NCBI GenBank assembly: GCA_964551475.1
Contig: CAZKCI010000013.1
Location: forward strand, 1,017 to 65,016
Length of the DNA: 64,000 nt
Reading direction: 5' to 3'
From: an uncultured bacterium
GTDB taxonomy: Bacteria > Auribacterota > Erginobacteria > Erginobacterales > CAZKCI01
Part shown: positions 26,293 to 35,116 of the stretch, one piece after another
How positions within the stretch are numbered: position 1 is the first letter of the stretch
Layout: each line of letters begins with the position of its first letter
Translations under genes and position numbers: made by a program
Notes under the pieces: generated by a model
The model's database searches: none
Told to the model about the DNA's origin: nothing
Seen by the model: the letters and a program-made list of their open reading frames with translations, nothing else

Positions 26293-26583
26293 ATGAAAGC
26301 ACGGAGTCTGTTTGTCCTGCTCGCTCTCGTCGCTTTCGTCCTCCCCGCCCTTCTTCCGGCCCAAGTCCCCACGCCTACGCCCATAAACTACGTCTGCCAT
26401 TGGGATCTCGGCTACTCGACCTACCTGGGCGGCGGCTATTGCGTTGTCTGTGGCCTGCTTTCGCCCCCCGGCCACTCGAAGAGCTTCTTGAGCCTCTCCC
26501 AGAACTCGCCGCCCAGGACGAAGAGGCCGGAGACGAAAAGGAGGTCGCTCGCCAGAAGCAGGCCGACGATCCAGGCGGTGTGA
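26293..26583 (+). CDS. small secreted Cys-containing peptide (signal peptide plus CHWDLGYSTYLGGGYCVVCG); 3' end uncertain because it overlaps an antisense ORF
   Basis: AAGGAG RBS 8 nt upstream of ATG 26293; typical signal peptide; the tail overlaps minus-strand ORF 26436-26972 with the same wobble phase, so the two cannot be separated by composition. Confidence 0.3.
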   Translation: MKARSLFVLLALVAFVLPALLPAQVPTPTPINYVCHWDLGYSTYLGGGYCVVCGLLSPPGHSKSFLSLSQNSPPRTKRPETKRRSLARSRPTIQAV

Positions 26584-26972
26584 TGGGAGCGGGGTACCCC
26601 GAGGAAGAGAGAGGCTTCCGCCGCGAAGTAGGGGAGGAAGCTCAAGAGCAGGACGATCACGCCGGCCCGGTGGCGTCCCCGGCTCACCGGCCGGGCCGGA
26701 GCGGACGGCCGGGCGAACCAGGACTTGACCCGTCCCTTGATCTTCTCGAGGAACTCCTTGCCCAGCAGGGCGACACCGCCGAGGAAGGCCAGCTCGGCGG
26801 CGACGACCAGGACGCCGGAGACGGAGGCGAACGTCCCGCCCGAGACGCCCAGGAGGGGGAGGAGGGCGATGACGGTGTAGGAAAGGACGTTGAAGGAGAT
26901 CAGCCCGATCCCGAGACGGCGTTTCCAGGTGCGCATGGGAATAATTTTAGCCACTGAGAACACTGGAGGCAC
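26436..26972 (-). CDS. hypothetical 4-TM membrane protein (178 aa), last gene of minus-strand ars-like operon
   Basis: Four clear hydrophobic helices; co-directional with the arsM operon. Confidence 0.5.
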   Translation of the reverse strand: MPPVFSVAKIIPMRTWKRRLGIGLISFNVLSYTVIALLPLLGVSGGTFASVSGVLVVAAELAFLGGVALLGKEFLEKIKGRVKSWFARPSAPARPVSRGRHRAGVIVLLLSFLPYFAAEASLFLGVPRSHHTAWIVGLLLASDLLFVSGLFVLGGEFWERLKKLFEWPGGESRPQTTQ

Positions 26973-27029
26973 GGAAATATTTATGTGTTCCCTTTCAGCG
27001 CCTTCAGTGTTTTCGGTGGCAATAATCCG

Positions 27030-27593
27030 TCATTCGGAGAAGGCGGGGGGGACGCGGTAGCCGGAATCCTTGAGGAGCTTGAGGAGTATACGCCGCTTCT
27101 CCGGCTCTGCGCCGGAAAAAAGGGGCCCGCACTTCGTCACCTCGGTTTGCTCCTCTCCCAGTTTCACCGCGAAGGCGAGGCAGGTGAGTTGTCCGCAGGA
27201 CCGGCAGTTCGTCCCCGGCAGGAGCTTGAAGATGTCGAGCGCGACCAGCCGCTGCCTCCGCTCGAAGCTGGGCGTGATTTTCCCCCGGTTGTCGTAGCAG
27301 TGGTTGATCAGGCCCTGGAGCCACTCGATGATCTCCTGGGCGTCCTTCTCGTCCAGGACCTTCCCCGCCGCGATCTGGCGGGGGTGCAGGGTGATGAGAC
27401 GGCCTTCCTTCTTGATGGTGAGCGTGCGCCCCTCGTGGTTGTAGATGGCCCCTTCCAGGATCGTGTTCAGATAGGGGTACATCTCGGAGGCGTCCCGGTC
27501 GATCTCGGCCTTGAAGCGGATTCTCGCCGAGTCGGCGAGGCAGGGGAGGATGTGCTCGATGGTTATCCGTTCGACATACATGGCCGGGCTCAC
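27030..27593 (-). CDS. putative [4Fe-4S]-binding protein with C-x2-C-x4-C-x16-C motif (CFeSP/RnfB N-terminal-type FeS domain)
   Basis: CRSCGQLTC(x16)C spacing counted directly from the sequence. Confidence 0.6.
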   Translation of the reverse strand: MSPAMYVERITIEHILPCLADSARIRFKAEIDRDASEMYPYLNTILEGAIYNHEGRTLTIKKEGRLITLHPRQIAAGKVLDEKDAQEIIEWLQGLINHCYDNRGKITPSFERRQRLVALDIFKLLPGTNCRSCGQLTCLAFAVKLGEEQTEVTKCGPLFSGAEPEKRRILLKLLKDSGYRVPPAFSE

Positions 27594-27772
27594 CCGCCTC
27601 CGGGGGCGAAGACGGAGAGACCGTCGAGAAACCGGGCCGCCCCCGGGGCGATTTTCCCCAGGAGAATCCCCGCCCCGAGGCAGAGGATGACCCGGACCGT
27701 GAGGTACTTCTCGAAGAGACCCAAGCCTCTCTTGACCTGACTTTCTCCCGTGCTCATCGCGCCCTCCTTCAT
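27590..27772 (-). pseudogene. remnant of ACR3 arsenite efflux transporter (N-terminal 60 aa only)
   Basis: GLGLFEKYLTVRVILCLGAGILLG matches the conserved ACR3 N-terminus/first TM; frame ends after 60 codons and overlaps the FeS gene start. Confidence 0.5.
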
Positions 27773-27782
27773 ACCCTGAATT

Positions 27783-28631
27783 CTATCGGGGTTTGATGGC
27801 TTTGACCTTGATGCTGGCGACGGAATCTTCGAGATCCTGAATGGTTGTCGGGTTGGCTCCGACCGCGGCGACGACGGCCTGGGCCGTCACATCGTGCGCC
27901 ATGTCCCCGATCGGGAATGCACGCTCCTCGAGGACCTCGATCCTATCGAATCCCGCGGCTTTGATGGCGCCGAGATATTTGTCCTTCAGCACCGCTCCCG
28001 AGATGCAGCCGGCATAGGCCGCGCCGTCGTTCCGGATCGTCTCCGGGAGCTCCCTGGCCAGGACAATATCGGAGACCATAAGCCTCCCGCCGGGCTTCAG
28101 GACCCGGAACGCCTCCCGGAATACCCGCGGCTTGTCCGGCGACAGATTGATCACGCAGTTGGAAATGACGATGTCCATCGATTCGTCCTCAACGGGGAGT
28201 ATCTCGATCTCCCCGAGGCGGAATTCCACGTTATCCGCGCCGCCCGGGCGCGCGTTCTCCCGCGCCTTCTCGACCATCTCGGGCGTCATGTCCACGCCGA
28301 TGACCTTCCCGCTCTTCCCCACCCGGCGGGCGGCGAGGAAGCAGTCGAAGCCCGCGCCCGAGCCGAGGTCGAGGACGGCCTCGCCGCTTTTCAGCGACGC
28401 CTGGGCCAGCGGGTTCCCGCAACCGAGTCCGAGGTTCGCCCCCTGGGGCGCGGCGCGGAGATCCTCTTCCGAGTAGCCGATGCGGCCGCTGATGGCCTCG
28501 GCCGAGGACCCCGAACAGCAGGGGGACGAAGTGCCACAGCACGATCCCTTCCCCTTCGCCACCTTCGCGTATGCCTTGCGCACAACCTCTCGTATGCGAA
28601 TTCCATCCTTAGTCTCTTCGCTGCCTTGCAT
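27783..28631 (-). CDS. arsM: arsenite S-adenosylmethionine methyltransferase ArsM-like
   Basis: N-terminal [10 protein letters not shown]...GSCCG, SAM-binding [11 protein letters not shown], conserved Cys residues including GCISGA region. Confidence 0.8.
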   Translation of the reverse strand: MQGSEETKDGIRIREVVRKAYAKVAKGKGSCCGTSSPCCSGSSAEAISGRIGYSEEDLRAAPQGANLGLGCGNPLAQASLKSGEAVLDLGSGAGFDCFLAARRVGKSGKVIGVDMTPEMVEKARENARPGGADNVEFRLGEIEILPVEDESMDIVISNCVINLSPDKPRVFREAFRVLKPGGRLMVSDIVLARELPETIRNDGAAYAGCISGAVLKDKYLGAIKAAGFDRIEVLEERAFPIGDMAHDVTAQAVVAAVGANPTTIQDLEDSVASIKVKAIKPR

Positions 28632-28685
28632 GGCACTCTCCCTCTCGGAGTATTGTTTTCCTCATCATCTTCCTCACCCGCTCCA

Positions 28686-29387
28686 TTAGAATGTTGCCAA
28701 CAAATAGAATCCCGCGCAGACGAGAAGAACACCCGCGACGGTTCGCATCACAGCCTCCGCCTTTTGCGCTTTGAGAGAAACCTTCCCGAACGACACGCCG
28801 AACAGGATGGCGCTGAGCGGTAGACTGAAACCGACCGCAAACGACGCCATCAACGCTACCCCCCATAGTATCCGGCCCATCAGCAGGCTGGCGCCGATGA
28901 CGATAAAGATCCCGGGATTGCACGGCAACGAGCAGGCCGCCACGCCCCCCCCGAGGAATAATCCGCCCAGGGCGGCCCCCGTCTTCCCTCTCACGGCCGA
29001 AAGTGCGTCGTCCTGCCGGGCGCGGCGAGGCAGTCTTACGGGAATCAGTTTCAAGGCCGCCAGTCCGACAAGGACCGCTACGACCCCGGCGAACAGTTTC
29101 CAATACCGTCCCAGGAACGCCTGCGCTGTCTGGCCGACCGACCCGGCCACAAACCCCAGAATGATCAGGGCCAATGTGGTGCCGATCAGGAACCAGATCG
29201 CCGAGAGGAGGGCCGCTCTACGGTCCGTGTCCCGCCGCGTGCCCGAATAGGCCACCAGCATCCCCATCGCCGGCAGTGTGCAGCAGGCGCTGGCCACCGC
29301 GCTGACGAGTCCCAGCAGGAAGGCCAGCGGCAAGGCGGCCGCGCTCTGGCTGACCTCTTGGAGAGTTTCCGTCACCCACGCCATCAT
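28686..29387 (-). CDS. CcdA/DsbD-family transmembrane thiol:disulfide transfer protein
   Basis: Polytopic membrane protein with paired Cys in TM segments (SACCTLP; ACSLPCNPG). Confidence 0.75.
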   Translation of the reverse strand: MMAWVTETLQEVSQSAAALPLAFLLGLVSAVASACCTLPAMGMLVAYSGTRRDTDRRAALLSAIWFLIGTTLALIILGFVAGSVGQTAQAFLGRYWKLFAGVVAVLVGLAALKLIPVRLPRRARQDDALSAVRGKTGAALGGLFLGGGVAACSLPCNPGIFIVIGASLLMGRILWGVALMASFAVGFSLPLSAILFGVSFGKVSLKAQKAEAVMRTVAGVLLVCAGFYLLATF

Positions 29388-29403
29388 GTCCGTATCCCCT
29401 GCT

Positions 29404-30090
29404 TCACTTGGGGCAGCAGCCGGATTGGGCCGCCGGGCCGCATCCGCCCGCGCTCGAAGCGGCGACGAACCCCTGGACGAGCTTCGTTTCCGTGATCTCC
29501 CCGGTCACTGGGATTGCCCCCTTCCCCTTGACTATCGCGAGCACCCCCGGCACGGCCATCTGCGCCGCGATCTGGCCATAGTCGCGCGAAGCCGTTTTCA
29601 GCGTGAAGACTCCGATTTTGACGCGCGACTGGTCTTCGATTGTCTTCGCGGCGCTCCGCATCGCGGACAGGGTGGTTCCCCCGGACGCATTGTCTTCGCC
29701 GGGAAGATACACGAACACACCGCCCGTGGCGGCGGCGACGGCGTTCAGATCGGCCAGGGCATTGATTTCCTCTTCGCCGACCGGCTTATCAACGCGGGAC
29801 GAATTACTCGTCGCGTTCCCGCCGCCGGAGGCAGGGGCAGACGATCCTTCCGATACCGGCGCGGCCGCAAATGTAGCCTCAGTCTTATCGGGGGAACTCC
29901 CCTGGTCTTTTGTCAGAGCGCGCACCGTCAAAACTGCGGCGGCGACAAGAATGACCACACCCAGAAACACCCGGATTCGCGAAGACGGGTTGGAGCTCTT
30001 GCCGCCGCACCCAAGACCACAGGACGGTGCCTCCGGCATCAGGGATTCTCTGCTGTCTAAACTTCCCTGGTTTTCGCTCGGTGGTTTCAT
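29404..30090 (-). CDS. membrane-anchored protein with Cys clusters at both termini (CGLGCGG ... GCGPAAQSGCCPK), putative metal(loid)-binding
   Basis: One TM helix; Cys-rich termini; sits in the ars-like operon. Confidence 0.5.
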   Translation of the reverse strand: MKPPSENQGSLDSRESLMPEAPSCGLGCGGKSSNPSSRIRVFLGVVILVAAAVLTVRALTKDQGSSPDKTEATFAAAPVSEGSSAPASGGGNATSNSSRVDKPVGEEEINALADLNAVAAATGGVFVYLPGEDNASGGTTLSAMRSAAKTIEDQSRVKIGVFTLKTASRDYGQIAAQMAVPGVLAIVKGKGAIPVTGEITETKLVQGFVAASSAGGCGPAAQSGCCPK

Positions 30091-30108
30091 CTCTCATGCC
30101 TCCTGGTG

Positions 30109-30618
30109 TCAAGTGTTGTTGCGCCCGGCGATCTTTCGCGGCTTACAGAAGAGCCTCCGACAAAGAACATCCAATCCTTCATCGCAAATCCGTTTCATGT
30201 GCCTCCGATCCTCCACGATCTCAGGGGTCTTTTCCATGTCGCGGAACAGCCCGGCAAGCACCTTGCCTGCCGAGGGCGGCCTAAACTCCTTCGATAACCG
30301 GTAGGACATCCACCGCCCTTCCTTGCGGCTGTCCACGAGGCGCGCGGATCTCAAGATCGTCAGATGCTTGGAGACGGTGGACGGTGCCAGTTCCAATAGC
30401 GCGATGAGCTGACAGACGCACAATTCGCCGCCCTGCAAGGCATGCAGAATCCGTATCCGTCTCTCGTCGGCCAGTGCCTTGAGCATATCCATGATGTCTT
30501 GCATAGCCGCCGCCATTTCGTTATGTGGCAAAATATGACATATCTGCGATAGCGTATCAATGCTCGATCCGATAAACCGGCCAAAACATTCCCGAATCCC
30601 CTCTTTCTCGCCCTCCAA
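30109..30618 (-). CDS. arsR: ArsR/SmtB-family metalloregulator with Cys-rich C-terminal extension
   Basis: HTH with ELCVCQL metal-binding motif; the extension carries additional Cys. Confidence 0.8.
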   Translation of the reverse strand: MEGEKEGIRECFGRFIGSSIDTLSQICHILPHNEMAAAMQDIMDMLKALADERRIRILHALQGGELCVCQLIALLELAPSTVSKHLTILRSARLVDSRKEGRWMSYRLSKEFRPPSAGKVLAGLFRDMEKTPEIVEDRRHMKRICDEGLDVLCRRLFCKPRKIAGRNNT

Positions 30619-30757
30619 TACAAGCGCCGCCTCGGGCCGGGCGCCGCTGCGACCCGGCGACTACGACTCCGCTTGTGGCTTGTCATCCCCGGGAGTAAAA
30701 TAGTCGATCGTTCGTTCAAAAACTGCCTACGGATTCTTCCCCCCCGGGAAAAGGTGT

Positions 30758-31660
30758 TTGCCTATGGATGAAAGGACCGCGTCATCGCCGCCGAAGACAA
30801 TCCTGGTCATCGACCCGGACGCCGGGGTCGTCTCCGCGCTCGCGGCCGGCCCGGCCGCGGCCGGCTGGGAGATCATCCGGGCCTTCAGCGGGGAGGAGGG
30901 GCTGGCCCTGGCCCGTTCCCGCCAACCCGACCTGCTCGTTCTCGAGGCGCTTCTTCCCCGCATGGACGGCTTCACGGTCGCCCGTCTCCTCAAATCCGAT
31001 CCCCGCTTCCGTCCCCTCCCCGTGGTCATGGTCAGCGCCCGCCGACTTGTCCAGGATATCCTGAAGGCCGAGGAAGTGGGCGCGGCGACCTACGTCACCA
31101 AGCCTTTCGACCCCGCCCGCCTCTGCGAGCTGGTCTCCGGCCTCCTCTCCCGGAGCGGAAAAAGCGATTTTGTGGTGGAATATTCTCACCGTCTCGCCGC
31201 TCCGCTGCCGTCGCGCCCGGCGCCGGCGTCTCCCCTCCTCATCCTGATCGGCGCGGAGGAGATGGCCTCCGGCCGACTGGAGGGGGCTCTGAAGGGAGCG
31301 GGCTTCGATGTGCTCTTCTTCCCCCGCGCCGAGGAGGCCCTGCCGGTCGTCCGGTCGAAGGACCGGGTCTGCGTGATCGCCTCCACCCATCTTCCCGGGA
31401 TGGACGGCTATACCTTCTGCCTCCTCATCAAGTTCGACGCGCGCTGTCGTCACATCCCCATTTTTCTCCTCTCCTCGCGGTCGCATCCCTACGAGCCGGA
31501 GCGGGGCAAGACCGTCCAGGCCGACGGTCACCTGGTTTCCTCCGGCGATCCCGGCGAGCTTATACGCCTCTTGACCGAGGCGATGAAGAAGAGCCTCCGC
31601 GACAAGGCGGCCGCCGCGGGACCGCCGGTCTGGCTGGACGGTTTCAAGACACTGGGTTGA
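30758..31660 (+). CDS. tandem double-receiver protein; both REC domains lack the phospho-acceptor Asp (E in REC1, S/T in REC2)
   Basis: REC1 DLLVLEALLPRMDG and REC2 RVCVIASTHLPGMDG aligned by eye to the canonical DxxxLDxxMPxMDG. Confidence 0.65.
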   Translation: MPMDERTASSPPKTILVIDPDAGVVSALAAGPAAAGWEIIRAFSGEEGLALARSRQPDLLVLEALLPRMDGFTVARLLKSDPRFRPLPVVMVSARRLVQDILKAEEVGAATYVTKPFDPARLCELVSGLLSRSGKSDFVVEYSHRLAAPLPSRPAPASPLLILIGAEEMASGRLEGALKGAGFDVLFFPRAEEALPVVRSKDRVCVIASTHLPGMDGYTFCLLIKFDARCRHIPIFLLSSRSHPYEPERGKTVQADGHLVSSGDPGELIRLLTEAMKKSLRDKAAAAGPPVWLDGFKTLG

Positions 31661-32986
31661 GTGGGGGCGGACGTCCTCCTCGTTTTTGATCCTTGCCCTC
31701 GCCCCGGCGCCGGGCGTAAGCTTTTCTCCGTGAATTCCATCTGGTTTCCCCTTCTCCTCACGCTCGGCTTCTGGGCCGTCGCCGCGGCGGCGCTGCTCTT
31801 TCTTTCCCGCTCCATTCGCCTGGTGAAGATCCTTCTCCCCCACGCCTTCATCCTCCTGGGCCTTGCCGGACTCCTCTTCCTCTCGCCCCGCGCCGCCGTC
31901 TCCCTCCCCGAGGGTTGGAATGCGGTCCTGCTTTTGGCGTTGATCGTGGTCGCCATCTGGGCCGTCCTCCGGACGCTGGGTTTTTTCTTTTTCAGCCGCC
32001 TGCAGGGCGAACGAGAGGAGGCGGTGGTCCCGCCGCTTCTGCGCCACCTGATCATGGGCGTGGTTTACGCCCTGGCCTTCTTCGTCGTCCTGAAGATTTT
32101 CTATCCGGAGCTCAGCCTGACCGGCGTGGTCATCGGCTCCACGGTATTTTCCGCCATCGTCGGTTTGGCCCTCCAGGACATGCTCGGCAACTTCTTCGCC
32201 GGGATCGCGCTGGCGGTGGAGAAGCCCCTGCGGATCGGCGACTGGGTTCTGGTGGGGGGGAAGGAGGGGCTGGTCACGGAGATCACCTGGCGCTCCACGC
32301 GTCTGAGGATGCGGGATAACAATCTTCTGGTCATCCCCAACAGCGCTCTCTCCAAAGAGGTTGTTCTCAACTTCAATGAGCCCTCCCGCCTCCACCGCAA
32401 ATCGATCCGGGTGGGAGTGGCCTATGCGCATTCCCCCCGAGTCGTCATCCCCGCTCTCGAGGAAGCGGCCCGAAGGGTGGAGCCGGTCCTGGAGAATCCT
32501 CCGCCCCAGGCCCTGATCGCGGATTTCGCCGACTTCAGCGTGGTCTACGAGCTTCGCTACTGGCTTCCCGATTACGAGAAAGTCCCCGACGTGGCGAGCG
32601 CCGTCCGCGGCGAGGTCTACGACGTCTTGAAACGGGCGGGATTGAAGATACCCTTCCCGGTCCGGGAGGTGCATCTGCGGACGGAAAGAGCGGCCGCGGC
32701 GCCCGCTCCCCGCCTGATCGCGTTCGCCGGACCCTCGGCGGGCAAATCCGTCGAACTGGCGGGCGAGCTGTCGTTGGGAAGGGAAGAGGGGAACACGGTG
32801 GTCATCGCCGAGCCCTCGGTCTCCAAACGCCACGCCCGCCTCCTCAGCGCCGAGGACGGGGTCTACATCGAGGACCTCGGGTCCAAATCGGGGACAATCC
32901 TCAACGGTTCCCCCATCCAGCGACAGAAACTTCAGCCCGGTGACGAGATCCGGATCGGCTCGGCCGTTTTTCTCTTCGAAGTCTAG
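31661..32986 (+). CDS. MscS-family mechanosensitive channel fused to a C-terminal FHA domain
   Basis: MscS core (IALAVEKPLRIGDWV...LVIPNS); C-terminal FHA-like segment (GREEGNTVVIAEPSVSKRHARL...DLGSKSGTILNG); GTG start uncertain. Confidence 0.75.
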   Translation: MGADVLLVFDPCPRPGAGRKLFSVNSIWFPLLLTLGFWAVAAAALLFLSRSIRLVKILLPHAFILLGLAGLLFLSPRAAVSLPEGWNAVLLLALIVVAIWAVLRTLGFFFFSRLQGEREEAVVPPLLRHLIMGVVYALAFFVVLKIFYPELSLTGVVIGSTVFSAIVGLALQDMLGNFFAGIALAVEKPLRIGDWVLVGGKEGLVTEITWRSTRLRMRDNNLLVIPNSALSKEVVLNFNEPSRLHRKSIRVGVAYAHSPRVVIPALEEAARRVEPVLENPPPQALIADFADFSVVYELRYWLPDYEKVPDVASAVRGEVYDVLKRAGLKIPFPVREVHLRTERAAAAPAPRLIAFAGPSAGKSVELAGELSLGREEGNTVVIAEPSVSKRHARLLSAEDGVYIEDLGSKSGTILNGSPIQRQKLQPGDEIRIGSAVFLFEV

Positions 32987-33039
32987 ACCCCCTTTTGCCA
33001 CCAAGGCACCAAGAGGCGAAGAAAGACAGGGAATATTTT

Positions 33040-33101
33040 GTGGGAGGGGCGTCCTCGCCCCGATCCATTTCGGCTCGGATCGCGGCCAGACGCCGCTCCC
33101 G
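33040..33101. repeat. REP-like palindromic element copy A (GTGGGAGGGGCGTCCTCGCCCCGATCC...GGATCGCGGCCAGACGCCGCTCCCGC)
   Basis: Shares >85% identity by eye with copies at 39041, 57855/57986 and half-copies at 57796 and 60648. Confidence 0.7.
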
Positions 33102-33104
33102 CAG

Positions 33105-33135
33105 AAAAATAGTGATCAGTTATCAGTGATCAGTC
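33105..33135. repeat. (A)GTGATCAGT short tandem/palindromic array adjacent to REP-like element
   Basis: tagtgatcagttatcagtgatcagt; a similar array lies at 57901-57960. Confidence 0.55.
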
Positions 33136-33236
33136 GGTCCAGTCGTGAAAATTCGTGGACGTCCTCAGCCCGGTCCGCCGAGCCATTCGCGAAGATTCGC
33201 GGTTAAATGAATTAAGCCGATCGCGATTGTCTGCCC

Positions 33237-34985
33237 ATGTCCTCCCCGGAAAAACTCGCCGCCATCGGCCGCTACCAGATCCTCGCCGAACTGGGCAGCG
33301 GGGGGATGGGGACCGTCTACAAAGGCCTCCAGCCCTCGCTGAACCGGGAGGTCGCCATCAAGATCCTCCCCCGCGGCTTCTCCTCCGACGCGGAGCTCCT
33401 TGCCCGCTTCCTCCGCGAGTCGGCGGCGATCGCCTCCCTCAACCATCCCCACATCATCCAGATCATCGACCGGGGGGAAGAGAAAGGGCTCTACTATTTC
33501 GTGATGGAGTTCATGGACGGCCCGTCGCTGGAGTCGCTCCTGAAAGAGGGGAAGCTTCCCGCTCCCCGGGCGGTGGAGATCGTCTGCCAGGTGGCCCGGG
33601 CGCTCGAGTTCGCCCACGCCCACGGGGTGATCCACCGGGACATCAAGCCCTCGAACATCCTCCTCAACCGGAACCGCGCCGTCGCCAAGCTTGCCGATTT
33701 CGGGATCGCCCGGCTGGCCGCCGAGGGGATGGACAGCACGATCACTCAGTCCCAGCGGTCGCTGGGGACGATGAACTACATGTCCCCGGAGCAGAGGCGG
33801 GACGCCGGGACGGTCGACCGCCGCTCGGACATCTACTCCCTGGGCGTGGTCTTCTACCAGATGCTGACCGGCGAGCTCCCCCTGGGGTCCTTTCGCCTCC
33901 CCAGCCACCGCGACCGGCGGATTTCGCCCCGGATCGACGGGATCATCGTGAAATGCCTGCGCGCACGCCCGGAGGAGCGCTACGCCTCCGCCGGGGAACT
34001 CCTCAAGGATCTCGCTCTGGAACGGCCCCGGGAGGTTCCGCTCAAGGAGGAACTGCGCTCCGCTTTTTCCCGCCTGACCCATCGCCGGGAGGGGTTCGAT
34101 CCGTCTCGCGGACCGGCCCTCCGCCGTTGTCTCCCCTGGTCCGCGGCGGCTCTCGTCCTCGCCGCCGCGCTCTGGTTCCTGTTCCGCGGGACCGGGGGAA
34201 GCCCGCTCCCTGCTCTCCCGGCGCGGGGAGGTTCCGCGGCGATCCAGAAGAAGCTCGCGTATGTCGAAACCATGGTCAGGGACGGGATGGCCTCCCAGGC
34301 GCTCGATGAGCTCCGGAAGATCGTCGAGGAGAATCCCGACTCCTCCCACGCCGCCGAGGCGCTTTTCCGGGCTGCTCAAATTCGCGAAGGCATGGGAAAT
34401 CACGATCAGGCGGTAGCGGATTATCTCAAGCTCGTCTCTCTCTATCCGAAATCCTCCCGCGCCCCCCAGGCCGCCTACCAGACGGCCGTCATCTATCAGC
34501 ACCGGATCAAGGATCGGGAGAAAGCGATCAGCGCCCTGCAGCGGGTTGTGGAGGGATATCCGGAGTCCGCCTTCGCCCCGCGGGCCCTCTTTCAGCTCGC
34601 CCTTTTGCAGAAGGAGCCGGATTCCAACTTTATCGAAGAAATATTCTCCTCGTCAGGGGCCGTCTCCGACCAGGCGGCGGTCCTGAGCCTGGAGAAGCTC
34701 ACCCGTGACTATCCCCGCTGCCCGGAGGTGGCGGGGGCGCTGATCGAGCTCGCCCGGATCTACGGTCCCGAGAGACTGAATCAGCTCAAGAAGTCCAACG
34801 AAGCTTTGCTGTCCCTGCGCCGGCGTTATCCCCAGACCACCTTCCCGGTCGACTATTACCTGGCGGTGAACTACGAGGCGCTGGGTGACAAGAAGACGGC
34901 GCGGGAACTGTATACGAAGTTTCTTTCCACCCACCCGACGGGGCTCGAGGCGAGGGAGGCGCAGAAGAGGATCGAGGATCGCTAA
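33237..34985 (+). CDS. Hanks-type Ser/Thr protein kinase with TM segment and C-terminal TPR repeats
   Basis: GxGxxG, VAIK, HRDIKPSNILL, DFGIA, SPE motifs; TM helix; TPR-like C-terminus. Confidence 0.9.
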   Translation: MSSPEKLAAIGRYQILAELGSGGMGTVYKGLQPSLNREVAIKILPRGFSSDAELLARFLRESAAIASLNHPHIIQIIDRGEEKGLYYFVMEFMDGPSLESLLKEGKLPAPRAVEIVCQVARALEFAHAHGVIHRDIKPSNILLNRNRAVAKLADFGIARLAAEGMDSTITQSQRSLGTMNYMSPEQRRDAGTVDRRSDIYSLGVVFYQMLTGELPLGSFRLPSHRDRRISPRIDGIIVKCLRARPEERYASAGELLKDLALERPREVPLKEELRSAFSRLTHRREGFDPSRGPALRRCLPWSAAALVLAAALWFLFRGTGGSPLPALPARGGSAAIQKKLAYVETMVRDGMASQALDELRKIVEENPDSSHAAEALFRAAQIREGMGNHDQAVADYLKLVSLYPKSSRAPQAAYQTAVIYQHRIKDREKAISALQRVVEGYPESAFAPRALFQLALLQKEPDSNFIEEIFSSSGAVSDQAAVLSLEKLTRDYPRCPEVAGALIELARIYGPERLNQLKKSNEALLSLRRRYPQTTFPVDYYLAVNYEALGDKKTARELYTKFLSTHPTGLEAREAQKRIEDR

Positions 34986-35116
34986 CTACGAATTACGAGA
35001 ATTAGAACTACGAATTGCGCGAATGACGAAGAATTCCGCCAATTGGCCGTTTTGTAGAGTTGACACGGTCGCGGCGAAGGTGGTAAAAAAATCCCAACAC
35101 TCCGGAACTTTTAGCC

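Noticed and set aside
26142-26957. 271-aa plus-strand ORF (MLNPSLGRYN...)
   Set aside because: Gly/Glu/Asp/Pro-rich junk translation spanning an intergenic palindrome and overlapping better-supported genes.
30782-33004. 740-aa minus-strand ORF spanning the pseudo-RR and MscS-FHA genes
   Set aside because: Low-complexity Gly/Arg/Asp-rich translation with no domain features. It is antisense to two well-supported genes.
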